Origin: an uncultured Halothiobacillus sp.
GTDB taxonomy: Bacteria > Pseudomonadota > Gammaproteobacteria > Halothiobacillales > Halothiobacillaceae
Length of the DNA stretch: 64,000 bases
Reading direction: 5' to 3'
Assembly: GCA_964402435.1 (NCBI GenBank)
Contig: CAYOCG010000007.1
Span: forward strand, 543 to 64,542
Part shown: one piece after another, positions 31,673 through 40,972 of the stretch
Layout of the letters: each line of letters begins with the position of its first letter
How positions within the stretch are numbered: the stretch's first letter is position 1
Notes under the pieces: generated by a model
Database searches by the model: none
The model's input: only the letters and a program-made list of their open reading frames with translations
Told to the model about the DNA's origin: nothing
Translations under genes and position numbers: made by a program

Positions 31673-31772
31673 GATCTATCGAAAAATTCGATCAATTCGA
31701 GTGTTTTCCAGCCTTGATTGATCGAATTTTTCGATAGATCACACCCCCTTTCAGACGAGCAGGGCGTCTTAA
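31673..31772 (+). repeat. Family-2 AT-rich nested-palindrome element, copy 2
   Basis: Perfect 24-bp inverted repeat GATCTATCGAAAAATTCGATCAAT (31673..31696) / ATTGATCGAATTTTTCGATAGATC (31717..31740) with a 20-bp spacer. The tail GACGAGCAGGGCGTCTTAAA is shared with copy 3. Confidence 0.8.
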
Positions 31773-31888
31773 ACAGCTCAAAATCACTGCCCATACCATG
31801 CACCAAAACCATGCAGCGTGATGAATGTGCATCGGGCGCAGCGCGCAATACACTTCCAACCTACTGAAATAAAAACATTTTCGCCACT

Positions 31889-31904
31889 TGGCATCCGTCA
31901 TGCT
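31889..31904 (+). promoter_or_regulatory. candidate sigma-54 (-24/-12) promoter of the porin-glnK-amtB operon
   Basis: TGGCATCCGTCATGCT matches TGGCAC-N5-TTGCW with correct GG-to-GC spacing (12 nt), 61 nt upstream of the porin ATG. A TGCACC-N5-CATGCA NtrC-like dyad lies at 31799..31815. Confidence 0.55.
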
Positions 31905-31964
31905 TTCCACTCATCGCACGCTGCACACACAGCGATCACCCACATCAACCATGAGGACACGTTC

Positions 31965-32747
31965 ATGAAATTTCGTCACACCACCCTGCGCAGCGCCCTT
32001 CTTCTCAGCCTTGGCCTGGTTGCCATGCCAAGCTTTGCCGCCGAAGAGGCCAAGAAGGAGGAATCGCCCTACACCCTCAGCGCCAACCTGGGGCTGACCA
32101 CGGATTACGTGTTCCGCGGCGTGTCGCAGTCACAGAACAAGCCTGCGGTGCAAGGCGGCGTGGATTTCTCCATCAACGGCTTCTACCTCGGCATGTGGGG
32201 TTCCAACGTGGCCTGGGTGAATGACAACGGCTACCTGACCAACAGCAGCCTGGAGCTGGACTTCTACGGCGGCTACAAAGGCAGCTTCAACGATGACTTC
32301 GGCTACGACCTGGGTGTGATCACCTACTACTACCCGGGCGACAAAATTGCCGATAACCCGCTGCCCAGCCCGAACACCACGGAAATCTACGCCGGCCTGA
32401 GCTGGAAGACTGTCTCGCTGAAATACAACTATGCCGTTTCAGATCACATTTTCGGCTGGACGACCCTCGACGGTGGCAAGACCAATGGCAGCTACTACAT
32501 CGACCTGAGCGGCACCTATGACTTCGGCAACGGCTTCGGTGTGCTCGGTCATGTCGGCTACCAAGACATCAAAGGCAACGGCGATGCCTCGTACACCGAC
32601 TGGAAACTCGGCGTGACCTACGACCCGGGCTTTGGTGTCTTCACTCTGGCCTACACCGACACCGACGCCAACAAGAACGCTTACACCTGGAATGGCAAAG
32701 AGGTTGCGGGTTCCAAAGCGGTGTTGAGCTTCACCAAAACCTTCTAA
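31965..32747 (+). CDS. TorF-family (TIGR02001) putative outer-membrane porin
   Basis: Signal peptide, then YTLSANLGLTTDYVFRGVSQSQNKPAVQGGVDFS. This family commonly precedes glnK-amtB. Confidence 0.75.
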   Translation: MKFRHTTLRSALLLSLGLVAMPSFAAEEAKKEESPYTLSANLGLTTDYVFRGVSQSQNKPAVQGGVDFSINGFYLGMWGSNVAWVNDNGYLTNSSLELDFYGGYKGSFNDDFGYDLGVITYYYPGDKIADNPLPSPNTTEIYAGLSWKTVSLKYNYAVSDHIFGWTTLDGGKTNGSYYIDLSGTYDFGNGFGVLGHVGYQDIKGNGDASYTDWKLGVTYDPGFGVFTLAYTDTDANKNAYTWNGKEVAGSKAVLSFTKTF

Positions 32748-33098
<351 letters not shown>

Positions 33099-33114
33099 GC
33101 AGGAGGGAACCCTT

Positions 33115-34530
33115 ATGTACTCCAAGCTCTTGAAAACCCTCGCCCTGCCGAGCCTGCTGCTCGGTGGTGCACTCTCGGGTCTTGCCCACGCCGAGGAAGC
33201 CGCTGCGGTGGTCGAAGTGGTGGCGGAAGCCGCTGCACCCAGTGCCGATCCCGGCAATACCGCCTGGGTGATGATCTCCACCGCGCTGGTGTTCATGATG
33301 ATCCTGCCCGGGCTGGCCCTGTTCTACGGCGGCATGGTGCGTAGCAAAAACGTACTTTCCGTGCTCAGCCAGACCCTGGCGATTGTCGGCGTCATCGCCA
33401 TCCTCTGGGTGGTGTATGGCTACAGCATGGCCTTTACCTCGGGTGGCGGTCTGAACAGCTTCATCGGCGGATTCTCCAAGATGTTCCTCTCTGGCGTGGA
33501 CACCGCCGCGCTGGCCGAAACCTTCAGCAAGGACGTGTTCATCCCCGAGCTGTCATTTGTCATCTTCCAGCTCACCTTTGCCGCCATCACCGTGGCACTG
33601 GTGGTCGGCGGTCTGGCCGAACGGGTGAAATTCTCCGCCCTGCTGGTATTTGCCGTGCTCTGGTTCACCTTCTCCTACCTGCCCATGGCGCACATGGTCT
33701 GGTTCTGGGGCGGCCCATCAGCCTATGCAGACCCGGCCGGTCTGCTGTTCAGCCTTGGCGCACTGGACTTTGCCGGCGGTACGGTCGTGCACATCAACGC
33801 CGGTGTGGCTGCATTGATGGGCGCCATCGTGCTGGGCAAGCGCATCGGCTTTGGCAAGGAACCCATGCCGCCGCACAATCTGGTGTTGACCATGATCGGC
33901 GCGGCGCTGCTGTGGGTGGGCTGGTTCGGCTTCAACGCTGGCTCCAACCCGGAAGCCACCGGCACCGCCGCCATGGCCATCCTCAACACCATCGTCGCTC
34001 CCGCCGCCGCGCTGCTCGCCTGGGGTGCCGCCGAATGGCTCACTCGCGGCAAGCCCAGCATGCTTGGCATGGCTTCGGGTGCTGTTGCGGGCTTGGTCGC
34101 CATCACCCCGGCGGCCGGCTTCTCCGGCCCCATGGGCGCCATCCTCCTCGGCCTTGCGGTCGGTGTGATTGCCTTCTGGGCGGTGGGCTTCGTCAAGCGC
34201 AGCCTGAAAATCGATGATTCACTTGATGTCTTCGCCGTTCACGGCATCGGCGGTATCGTCGGCGCCATCGGTACCGGCATCGTTGCCAACCCCGCGTTCG
34301 GTGGCTCCGGTGTGTTTGATTACGCGGCCAACGCGGTGGCGGAATTCAGTCCGATGGGTCAGGTGATGAGTCAGTTGATGGGCGTGGGCGTGGCCGTACT
34401 CTGGTCCGGCATCGTCAGCTTCGTACTCTTCAAGCTGATCGACATGACCATGGGACTGCGCGTCAGCGAAGAAACCGAGCGCGAGGGTCTGGACACCGCG
34501 TCGCACGGCGAGCGGGCGTACAGCAACTAA
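33115..34530 (+). CDS. amtB: ammonium transporter
   Basis: Signal peptide, Amt signature DFAGGTVVHINAG and VHGIGGIVG. RBS AGGAGG upstream of the ATG at 33115. Confidence 0.93.
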   Translation: MYSKLLKTLALPSLLLGGALSGLAHAEEAAAVVEVVAEAAAPSADPGNTAWVMISTALVFMMILPGLALFYGGMVRSKNVLSVLSQTLAIVGVIAILWVVYGYSMAFTSGGGLNSFIGGFSKMFLSGVDTAALAETFSKDVFIPELSFVIFQLTFAAITVALVVGGLAERVKFSALLVFAVLWFTFSYLPMAHMVWFWGGPSAYADPAGLLFSLGALDFAGGTVVHINAGVAALMGAIVLGKRIGFGKEPMPPHNLVLTMIGAALLWVGWFGFNAGSNPEATGTAAMAILNTIVAPAAALLAWGAAEWLTRGKPSMLGMASGAVAGLVAITPAAGFSGPMGAILLGLAVGVIAFWAVGFVKRSLKIDDSLDVFAVHGIGGIVGAIGTGIVANPAFGGSGVFDYAANAVAEFSPMGQVMSQLMGVGVAVLWSGIVSFVLFKLIDMTMGLRVSEETEREGLDTASHGERAYSN

Positions 34531-34583
34531 ACCCACACCGCCACCCAACGCGCCACGCGGCGCGTTGCACCAAGACAGAACAG

Positions 34584-34609
34584 GCGCCCCGATATGGGGC
34601 GCTTTTTTT
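34584..34609 (+). terminator. Rho-independent terminator after amtB
   Basis: GCGCCCC-GATAT-GGGGCGC hairpin followed by T7. Confidence 0.8.
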
Positions 34610-34666
34610 GTGCTTCTATGTTTCGTGCATCTGCGTAAGCCCTGTGCCAGACAGCACATTGCGCAT

Positions 34667-34682
34667 TGGCGCAGAGATTGCT
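34667..34682 (+). promoter_or_regulatory. candidate sigma-54 (-24/-12) promoter of the second amt gene
   Basis: TGGCGCAGAGATTGCT matches TGGCAC-N5-TTGCW with correct spacing, 40 nt upstream of the ATG at 34722. Confidence 0.55.
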
Positions 34683-34721
34683 ATCAGGGAGCATCACTCA
34701 ATCTTTATCGGAATCTTGCGC

Positions 34722-35912
34722 ATGCACCCCAACGGCACAGACGTTTTCTTTCTTCTCATCGGCGCAGCGATGGTGCTGGCCATGCACGCCGGTTTCGCCT
34801 TTCTTGAGGTGGGCACGGTACGTGAAAAAAACCAGGTCAATGCGCTGGTCAAAATCATGGCCGACTTTGCCGTGGCCACCATCGCCTACTTCTTCATTGG
34901 CTACCCACTGGCTTATGGCGTGGACTTCTGGAGCAGCGCGCAAACACTCTCCGTCGATCATGGTTACGGACTGGTCAAATTCTTCTTTCTGCTGACCTTT
35001 GCCGCCGCCATTCCCGCCATTGTTTCCGGCGGCATCGCCGAGCGTGCGCGCCTGTACCCGCAAATGGGCGCAACCTTTATCCTCGTTGCGCTGTTTTACC
35101 CACTGTTTGAAGGCATGGTGTGGAATGCGCACTTCGGCTTTCAGACTTGGCTTGAAGCCAGCTTCGGCGCGAAATTCCACGATTTCGCCGGCTCCGTGGT
35201 GGTGCATGCGTTCGGCGGCTGGGTGGCGCTTGCCGCCGTGCTCGTCCTCGGCCCGCGCATGGGGCGCTACGGCAAGCAAGGCGGGATGACGGCGCACCCA
35301 CCGTCGAGCATCCCTTTCCTCGCGCTCGGCGCGTGGACACTGACCGTCGGCTGGTTTGGCTTCAATGTCATGTCAGCACAAACGGTGGATGCTGTCTCGG
35401 GTTTGGTGGCGCTCAACTCGCTCATGGCCATGGTCGGCGGCATTCTTGCCTCCTTGATCGTGGGCAAAAACGACCCGGGCTTCGTGCACAACGGCCCGCT
35501 GGCCGGACTGGTTGCGGTGTGCGCCGGCTCGGATCTCATGCACCCGTTGGGCGCACTGATCACCGGCGCAGTGGCCGGCGGTCTGTTCGTCTGGCTGTTC
35601 ACCCTGACGCAAAACCGCTGGAAGATCGACGATGTGCTCGGTGTCTGGCCACTGCACGGCCTGTGTGGCGCCTGGGGCGGCATCGCTGCCGGCATCTTCG
35701 GGCTGCAAGCGCTCGGCGGCATGGGCGGAGTGAGCATGATGAGTCAGGTGATCGGCACACTCAGCGGCGTGCTCATCGCACTCGCAGCAGGTTTGCTGAT
35801 TTACGGCGTGCTCGGCAAAACCATCGGCTTGCGCCTCGATCAAGAGCAGGAATACATGGGCGCCGACCTGTCACTGCACAAAATCAGCGCCACACCACCA
35901 AGTCAGCGCTGA
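34722..35912 (+). CDS. ammonium transporter (second, signal-peptide-less Amt paralogue)
   Basis: AMVLAMHAGFAFLEVG, DFAGSVVVHAFGGWVAL and PLHGLCGAWGGI motifs. Start set at MHPNGTD. Confidence 0.88.
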   Translation: MHPNGTDVFFLLIGAAMVLAMHAGFAFLEVGTVREKNQVNALVKIMADFAVATIAYFFIGYPLAYGVDFWSSAQTLSVDHGYGLVKFFFLLTFAAAIPAIVSGGIAERARLYPQMGATFILVALFYPLFEGMVWNAHFGFQTWLEASFGAKFHDFAGSVVVHAFGGWVALAAVLVLGPRMGRYGKQGGMTAHPPSSIPFLALGAWTLTVGWFGFNVMSAQTVDAVSGLVALNSLMAMVGGILASLIVGKNDPGFVHNGPLAGLVAVCAGSDLMHPLGALITGAVAGGLFVWLFTLTQNRWKIDDVLGVWPLHGLCGAWGGIAAGIFGLQALGGMGGVSMMSQVIGTLSGVLIALAAGLLIYGVLGKTIGLRLDQEQEYMGADLSLHKISATPPSQR

Positions 35913-35958
35913 CGGCCTTGCGCTGCCGCACGGCAGCGCATCACATCAACGCGCCATA

Positions 35959-36507
35959 TCACCGCACGAGGGCGCGCTCGACCTCGTCCGCCACGGTCTG
36001 CCCCTTGAGCTGCGCCACCAGTGTGAGCGCGAAATCCATCGCCGTGCCTGGGCCGCGCGATGTCAGCACGCGCTCATCGACCTCCACTGCCGCAGCGCTG
36101 TCTATCACGCCATCCAATTCGTGGGCACTCAATGCCGCGGGGTAATGGGTGGCGCGTTTACCATGCAAAAGCCCCGCATGCGCCAACACTTTGGGCGCGG
36201 CGCAGATCGCACCGACCAGGTGGCCGGCTTGATGCGTGCGCTGCAACAGATGAATGATGCGCGGATCATCGCGCAGGTTGTCCGCACCAGGCAGGCCGCC
36301 GGGCAGCACCACGAGATCGAAGGGCTCATCCATGACTTTTTCCAGCTCGGTGTCCGGCACCACCACCGTGCCACGGCTGGCGCACACCGTTCCCGGATGC
36401 AGACCTGCAGTGACCACTTCAACCCCCGCTCGACGCAGGATGTTGCTCAAGGTTATGGCTTCCAGTTCTTCGAAGCCCGGCGCCAATGGCATCAATACAC
36501 GTGGCAT
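35959..36507 (-). CDS. DJ-1/PfpI (YajL/ThiJ-like) family protein
   Basis: 182 aa with nucleophile elbow GAICAAP and VLPGG motif. Confidence 0.85.
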   Translation of the reverse strand: MPRVLMPLAPGFEELEAITLSNILRRAGVEVVTAGLHPGTVCASRGTVVVPDTELEKVMDEPFDLVVLPGGLPGADNLRDDPRIIHLLQRTHQAGHLVGAICAAPKVLAHAGLLHGKRATHYPAALSAHELDGVIDSAAAVEVDERVLTSRGPGTAMDFALTLVAQLKGQTVADEVERALVR

Positions 36508-36689
36508 AGCCCCTCTCCTGCTTCAGCAATGAAATCGATGCGCCAGCCCGAGGATACGCTGATGTATGCAGCGCATCTCCAAGCACCATCAGGCTGCTGA
36601 AATACTGATTTCAGAAGCCTGATAAAACGGGGCATGTACCGGACTCGATGGGGCTGAAAAACTCATGGATGGGGTTTTTCAGCATCCTG

Positions 36690-38138
36690 TTATTTCGCTG
36701 CATTTTTCTGCAACAACACCATGCCTTTGAGCATATTCAGCGCTTCAAACAGGGCGTAATCCTTTTGTGCCAAGGGACGCTTGTCTTCCTTGTCGAGCAC
36801 CGGATCACCCGAGCGCGTATTCGACGACGCATCCTCTGCCGGAGCAGCGGGCGGTGTTTCCGGCTTGGCGGGCGCAGCCTCCGATTTCGGCTCAGCTTTA
36901 GGCGCGCCCTTGCCATTGCCGTTCGGGTTATCCAGATGCCCCGCCAGATCAGCCTCTTTGATACCCATACCGGCATCTTCAACGGCATCCACCTTGAGCG
37001 TGGGCAGCTCGATATCCGGCACGATACCCTCCGCCTGAATCGAGCGGCCAGCCGGCGTGAAATAACGCGCCGTGGTCAGCTTGATGGCACCGCCGTTGGC
37101 GAGCTCCTGAATGCTTTGTACCGAGCCTTTGCCGAAGGTTTTGCTGCCCATGACGATGGCGCGCTTCTGATCCTGCAAAGCGCCGGCGACAATCTCAGAC
37201 GCCGAGGCTGAACCACCGTTGACCAAGACGACCATGGGCGCACCATCGAGCACATCGCCGGCGTGGGCGCTGTAACGCATTTTGGCATCCTTGACACGAC
37301 CGTCGGTGTAAACCACCAGGCCGTCATTAAGGAAGGCGTCCGCCACGCCCACCGAGGCTTGCAGCACGCCACCCGGGTTGTTGCGCAAGTCCAGTACCAA
37401 GCCCTTGAGTTTGCCGCCGGCCTCCTCCTTGAGCTTGTCGATCGCCTTGAGGAGTTGCTGCTCGGTCTGCGACTGGAACTGAGTGATGCGCACATAGCCA
37501 AAGCCAGGTGCCAGCATGCGGCTCTTCACGCTTTGCACGCGAATGATGGCGCGCTCCAGGGTGAATTCCATCGGCTTGTTCACGCCCTTGCGCGCCACGG
37601 TGAGCTTGATCTTGGTGCCGGGTTCACCGCGCATGATTTTCACCGCGTCGTTGATCGTCATGCCCTGCACCGGTTTTTCGTCCAGCTTGATGATCAGGTC
37701 GCCACTTTTTAGCCCAGCACGCTGCGCGGGGGTATCGTCGATGGGGGCAATCACTTTGACAAAGCCATCCTCCATGCCTACCTCGATGCCCAAGCCGCCG
37801 AAGGTGCCGGTGGTGCCTTGGCGCAGCTCCTTGAATTCTTCCGGATCAAGGTAGGAGGAATGCGGATCGAGACCGCTAAGCATGCCGCGGATGGCTTGGG
37901 TAAGCAGCTTTTTGTCTTCCGTGGTTTCCACGTAGTCATCCTTGATGCGGCCATACACCTCGGTAAAAGTGCGTAGCTCATCCAAAGGCAGGGCGTCCGG
38001 GCTATTCGCCGCACTGCCAGAAACCGCCTCCTTCTGCGCAAAAACGCCGACACCGAATGTCAGACCAAACCCTAGAGCCGCACCTGCTACAACCAAAGCC
38101 GCCGCACGCATACGCTGTTGCATTTCCATCATCCTCAA
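36690..38138 (-). CDS. ctpA: carboxy-terminal processing protease (S41A)
   Basis: PDZ segment (GLKSGDLIIKLD), catalytic region GGSASASEIVAGALQD and KTFGKGSVQ. Confidence 0.9.
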   Translation of the reverse strand: MRMMEMQQRMRAAALVVAGAALGFGLTFGVGVFAQKEAVSGSAANSPDALPLDELRTFTEVYGRIKDDYVETTEDKKLLTQAIRGMLSGLDPHSSYLDPEEFKELRQGTTGTFGGLGIEVGMEDGFVKVIAPIDDTPAQRAGLKSGDLIIKLDEKPVQGMTINDAVKIMRGEPGTKIKLTVARKGVNKPMEFTLERAIIRVQSVKSRMLAPGFGYVRITQFQSQTEQQLLKAIDKLKEEAGGKLKGLVLDLRNNPGGVLQASVGVADAFLNDGLVVYTDGRVKDAKMRYSAHAGDVLDGAPMVVLVNGGSASASEIVAGALQDQKRAIVMGSKTFGKGSVQSIQELANGGAIKLTTARYFTPAGRSIQAEGIVPDIELPTLKVDAVEDAGMGIKEADLAGHLDNPNGNGKGAPKAEPKSEAAPAKPETPPAAPAEDASSNTRSGDPVLDKEDKRPLAQKDYALFEALNMLKGMVLLQKNAAK

Positions 38139-38279
38139 GTACGGCGCATCACCGTGTTCAAAATTTGACCTTTAGCAGGGTGTTGAATTAAGGGCATTGT
38201 TACTTTTTTCAACGACCTGTTAGTACCCAGAGTGTAACAGGCAGTTCCATCCTATCCATGGATATGCGGGTGAGAAAAT

Positions 38280-39635
38280 TCAAGATTTCTTCGGCCAGGC
38301 CGACCAGCGCGCAGGATTGACAGGCTGGCCACCGCGGCGCACTTCGACATACACACCGGTCTGACGTTCGCCGCCGCTGCGCCCTGCCGTGGCCACCACC
38401 TCGCCGCGCTGCACGCTACTGCCCTGACGCTTGAGCAAGGCTTCGTTCTGCGCATACAGACTCATGTAACCCCCTTTGTGTTGCACGATCAGAAGATTGC
38501 CATAGCCGCGCACCCAGTCGGCAAACACCACTTTACCCTCAGCCACGGCGCGCACACGTGCGCCTTCAGCCGCCGCATAAAACACCCCGCGCGAGCGCAA
38601 ATCACCCACGCCCGTGGGATCACCGAAGCCGCGCACCTTCTTGCCACGCACCGGAATTTCGCCGCTGTCCGCTGAACTGGGCTTATCGTCATCATCGCTG
38701 CGCTCCGCCGTCTGAGGCGGCGGAGACGGCGGTACAGGCGCGCGTGATTCAACGGCCGGCTTGTTCTCCTCGTCCGCCGACTCGCGCAACTTGACCCTGC
38801 GCGCCTCTTCGTTTTGACGCGCTTTTGCCTGTTCGGCTTCAGCGCGTTGCCGTGCAGCCTCTTCCTGCCTGCGCACTTCTGCTGCACGCTCGGCCTCACG
38901 CTCAGCCTCGCGCGCCGCCTGCTCCAGGCGCTGTAGGGTTTGCTCCAGAGCCTGTTGATCGCGTTGCATACGCTTCATACGCGCTTCAGACGCTTCAAAG
39001 CGCGCATCCAGTGATGCAACCAATTTGGCATGCTCATCGCGCAGCTCATTCAGGCGTTTTTCTTCGGTCTCCGCCAGCAGTTGTCGGCGCGTGAGTTCTT
39101 CCAGCGAAAACTCGATCTCGCGCTGCAGGCGCGCATTCTCCTCGCGCGCATTGCGCAGCTGCTGCAATGCCTCGATGCGGCTGGCGCGCAAGTGTTGCAA
39201 ATAGCCTTCAGCGCGCATTTTGTCGGCACGCCCGCCCGGGCTGAGCACACCTTCCAGCCCATGCCCAGACCCCAGGGCGTAAAGTGCGCGCAAATTATCT
39301 TTTAGGCGCGCAAGCCCTGCGCTGATCTCGCCTTCCAGTTGCGTGTGGCGCGCGCGCAGTTGTGCCAGCTCGGCAGCTTTACTCTCCGCTGCAAAACGCG
39401 CCTCATACGCCGCGCGCGCCGCCTCGGCCTGTTGATTCTCCAATTGGCGCAGCTTGTCGCTTTCCGCATCACGCACGGCATCCAGTTCAAGCAGACGCTC
39501 ACGCTCCTGCTTGAGATTTTGCTGCACGCCCACAAGATCACGTTCAATTTGCTCTTGTGAGGGTGCGGCCATCACGCCCTGCATCAGCACAGCGAGAAGG
39601 ACAGCGAAAAAGCATTCCGAAAACCGAGTTAGCAT
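38280..39635 (-). CDS. envC: murein hydrolase activator EnvC (coiled-coil plus LytM/M23 domain)
   Basis: Signal peptide, about 250 aa of coiled coil, a Pro/Asp-rich linker, and a C-terminal M23 fold (GYGNLLIVQHKGGYMSLYAQN). Confidence 0.85.
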   Translation of the reverse strand: MLTRFSECFFAVLLAVLMQGVMAAPSQEQIERDLVGVQQNLKQERERLLELDAVRDAESDKLRQLENQQAEAARAAYEARFAAESKAAELAQLRARHTQLEGEISAGLARLKDNLRALYALGSGHGLEGVLSPGGRADKMRAEGYLQHLRASRIEALQQLRNAREENARLQREIEFSLEELTRRQLLAETEEKRLNELRDEHAKLVASLDARFEASEARMKRMQRDQQALEQTLQRLEQAAREAEREAERAAEVRRQEEAARQRAEAEQAKARQNEEARRVKLRESADEENKPAVESRAPVPPSPPPQTAERSDDDDKPSSADSGEIPVRGKKVRGFGDPTGVGDLRSRGVFYAAAEGARVRAVAEGKVVFADWVRGYGNLLIVQHKGGYMSLYAQNEALLKRQGSSVQRGEVVATAGRSGGERQTGVYVEVRRGGQPVNPARWSAWPKKS

Positions 39636-39673
39636 GTAGTATCTGAATATTCTAAAAAGCTCATGCGCCCATC

Positions 39674-40000
39674 ATGACCGAACCCGCTCTACTCTCCACC
39701 CGCTCTGAAGATATCGAGCGGGCATCACACTCACTCAAAGCCATGTCGCACCCACTGCGCCTGAAGATTCTGTGCGTGCTCGGTGAAAACGAAGTCAGCG
39801 TGCAGGACATCGTCGATGCCGTGGGCACCACGCAGAGTAATATCTCACAACATCTTGCCATCTTGCGTGATAAAGGCATCCTCGCCTCACGCAAGGAGGC
39901 CAACCGGGTATACTACCGGGTCAATGACGCCCGCACGCTGCGCCTGATCAGCATGATGCAGGATGTCTTCTGCCCATTTAACAACCCCGGTCTGAGCTGA
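39674..40000 (+). CDS. ArsR/SmtB-family transcriptional regulator, SqrR/BigR/YgaV-like
   Basis: wHTH HPLRLKILCVLGENEVSVQDIVDAVGTTQSNISQHLAILRDKG. The protein has only two cysteines, Cys34 and Cys100, spaced 66 residues apart. Confidence 0.8.
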   Translation: MTEPALLSTRSEDIERASHSLKAMSHPLRLKILCVLGENEVSVQDIVDAVGTTQSNISQHLAILRDKGILASRKEANRVYYRVNDARTLRLISMMQDVFCPFNNPGLS

Positions 40001-40031
40001 TTTTTTAATACCTTTTGAGGAATCTTGGATC

Positions 40032-40244
40032 ATGACAACCGATCGCATCGTACGCATTGTCGCTGGCCTGATGATCATGCTCACCTTGGCGCTGGCGCAT
40101 TTCAGCGGCCAAGCTGATCTGAGCAAGCTGAGCTGGCTGTGGCTCACCGCCTTTGTAGGCTTCAACCTGTTTCAAAGCGGCTTCACCACCTTCTGCCCCC
40201 TGGACAGCATTCTGGCAAAAATGGGCGTGCGCCGCGCGCAGTAA
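40032..40244 (+). CDS. DUF2892 (YgaP-like transmembrane domain) protein
   Basis: 70 aa with IVRIVAGLMIM...FVGFNLFQSGFTTFCPLDSIL, characteristic of DUF2892. Confidence 0.75.
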   Translation: MTTDRIVRIVAGLMIMLTLALAHFSGQADLSKLSWLWLTAFVGFNLFQSGFTTFCPLDSILAKMGVRRAQ

Positions 40245-40250
40245 TTCACG

Positions 40251-40673
40251 ATGGACTTTTTTGAATTTCTGCAACGCCACTGGATGCTCACCGCTGCTGC
40301 GGTGGGCATTCTGTTTATGCTGATTGCCAACGAGGTTTCTCGCGTGACACGCAAGCACAAGGAAATCACGCCATCTGAAGCCACGCGCATGCTCAGTCAT
40401 GAAGAGCCTCTGTTGCTGGATGTGCGCGAAATCGACGAATTCCGTGCCGGTTATCTGATGGGCGCCAAACACATCCCCTTGGGGCAGTTGACGGACAAGC
40501 TCGACCAGATCGAAGCCTGGAAGGACAAGCCGGTGATCATTTATTGCCGCAGCGGCAACCGCTCCGGCGTCGCCTGCGGCCAACTGGCCAAGCTGGGTTT
40601 TACCAAGCTGCACAACCTCGCCGGCGGCATTCTTGCCTGGCAGCATGAAAACCTGCCGGTGAAAAAAAAATAA
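40251..40673 (+). CDS. membrane-anchored rhodanese-domain sulfurtransferase (YibN-like)
   Basis: N-terminal TM helix, then a rhodanese domain with active-site loop YCRSGNRS. Confidence 0.85.
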   Translation: MDFFEFLQRHWMLTAAAVGILFMLIANEVSRVTRKHKEITPSEATRMLSHEEPLLLDVREIDEFRAGYLMGAKHIPLGQLTDKLDQIEAWKDKPVIIYCRSGNRSGVACGQLAKLGFTKLHNLAGGILAWQHENLPVKKK

Positions 40674-40690
40674 CCCCAGGTCACTCGCCC

Positions 40691-40960
40691 GTGAAACAGG
40701 CAGAAGTCACGGTTTATCTCTCGCAGAGCTGCTTCTACTGCATCCGCGCCCAGCGACTGCTCGATAGCAAAGGGGTGCGTTACACCCCGATTGTCGTCGA
40801 TGGCCAAGCGGCACTGCGGGATGAGATGGAAGCGCGCTCCGGGCGCAGCACGGTGCCGCAGATTTTCATTGGCCAACGTGCGATCGGCGGCTTCACCGAC
40901 TTGCGCGCACTGGATCAAAGTGGGCAGCTCGATGCCCTGCTCTATGCAAACGAGGTTTGA
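40691..40960 (+). CDS. grxC: glutaredoxin 3
   Basis: 89 aa with active site CFYC (canonical CPYC), TVPQIFI and GGFTDL. GTG start. Confidence 0.85.
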   Translation: MKQAEVTVYLSQSCFYCIRAQRLLDSKGVRYTPIVVDGQAALRDEMEARSGRSTVPQIFIGQRAIGGFTDLRALDQSGQLDALLYANEV

Positions 40961-40972
40961 GGAAACGTAACG

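Noticed and set aside
36653-36683. 10-bp-stem hairpin GCTGAAAAAC...GTTTTTCAGC just downstream of the ctp stop (plus CTGAAAT-ACTG-ATTTCAG at about 36597..36614)
   Set aside because: No U-tract follows on the relevant (minus) strand, so it is not a confident intrinsic terminator. It could be an attenuator or an sRNA, but I cannot support either from sequence alone.
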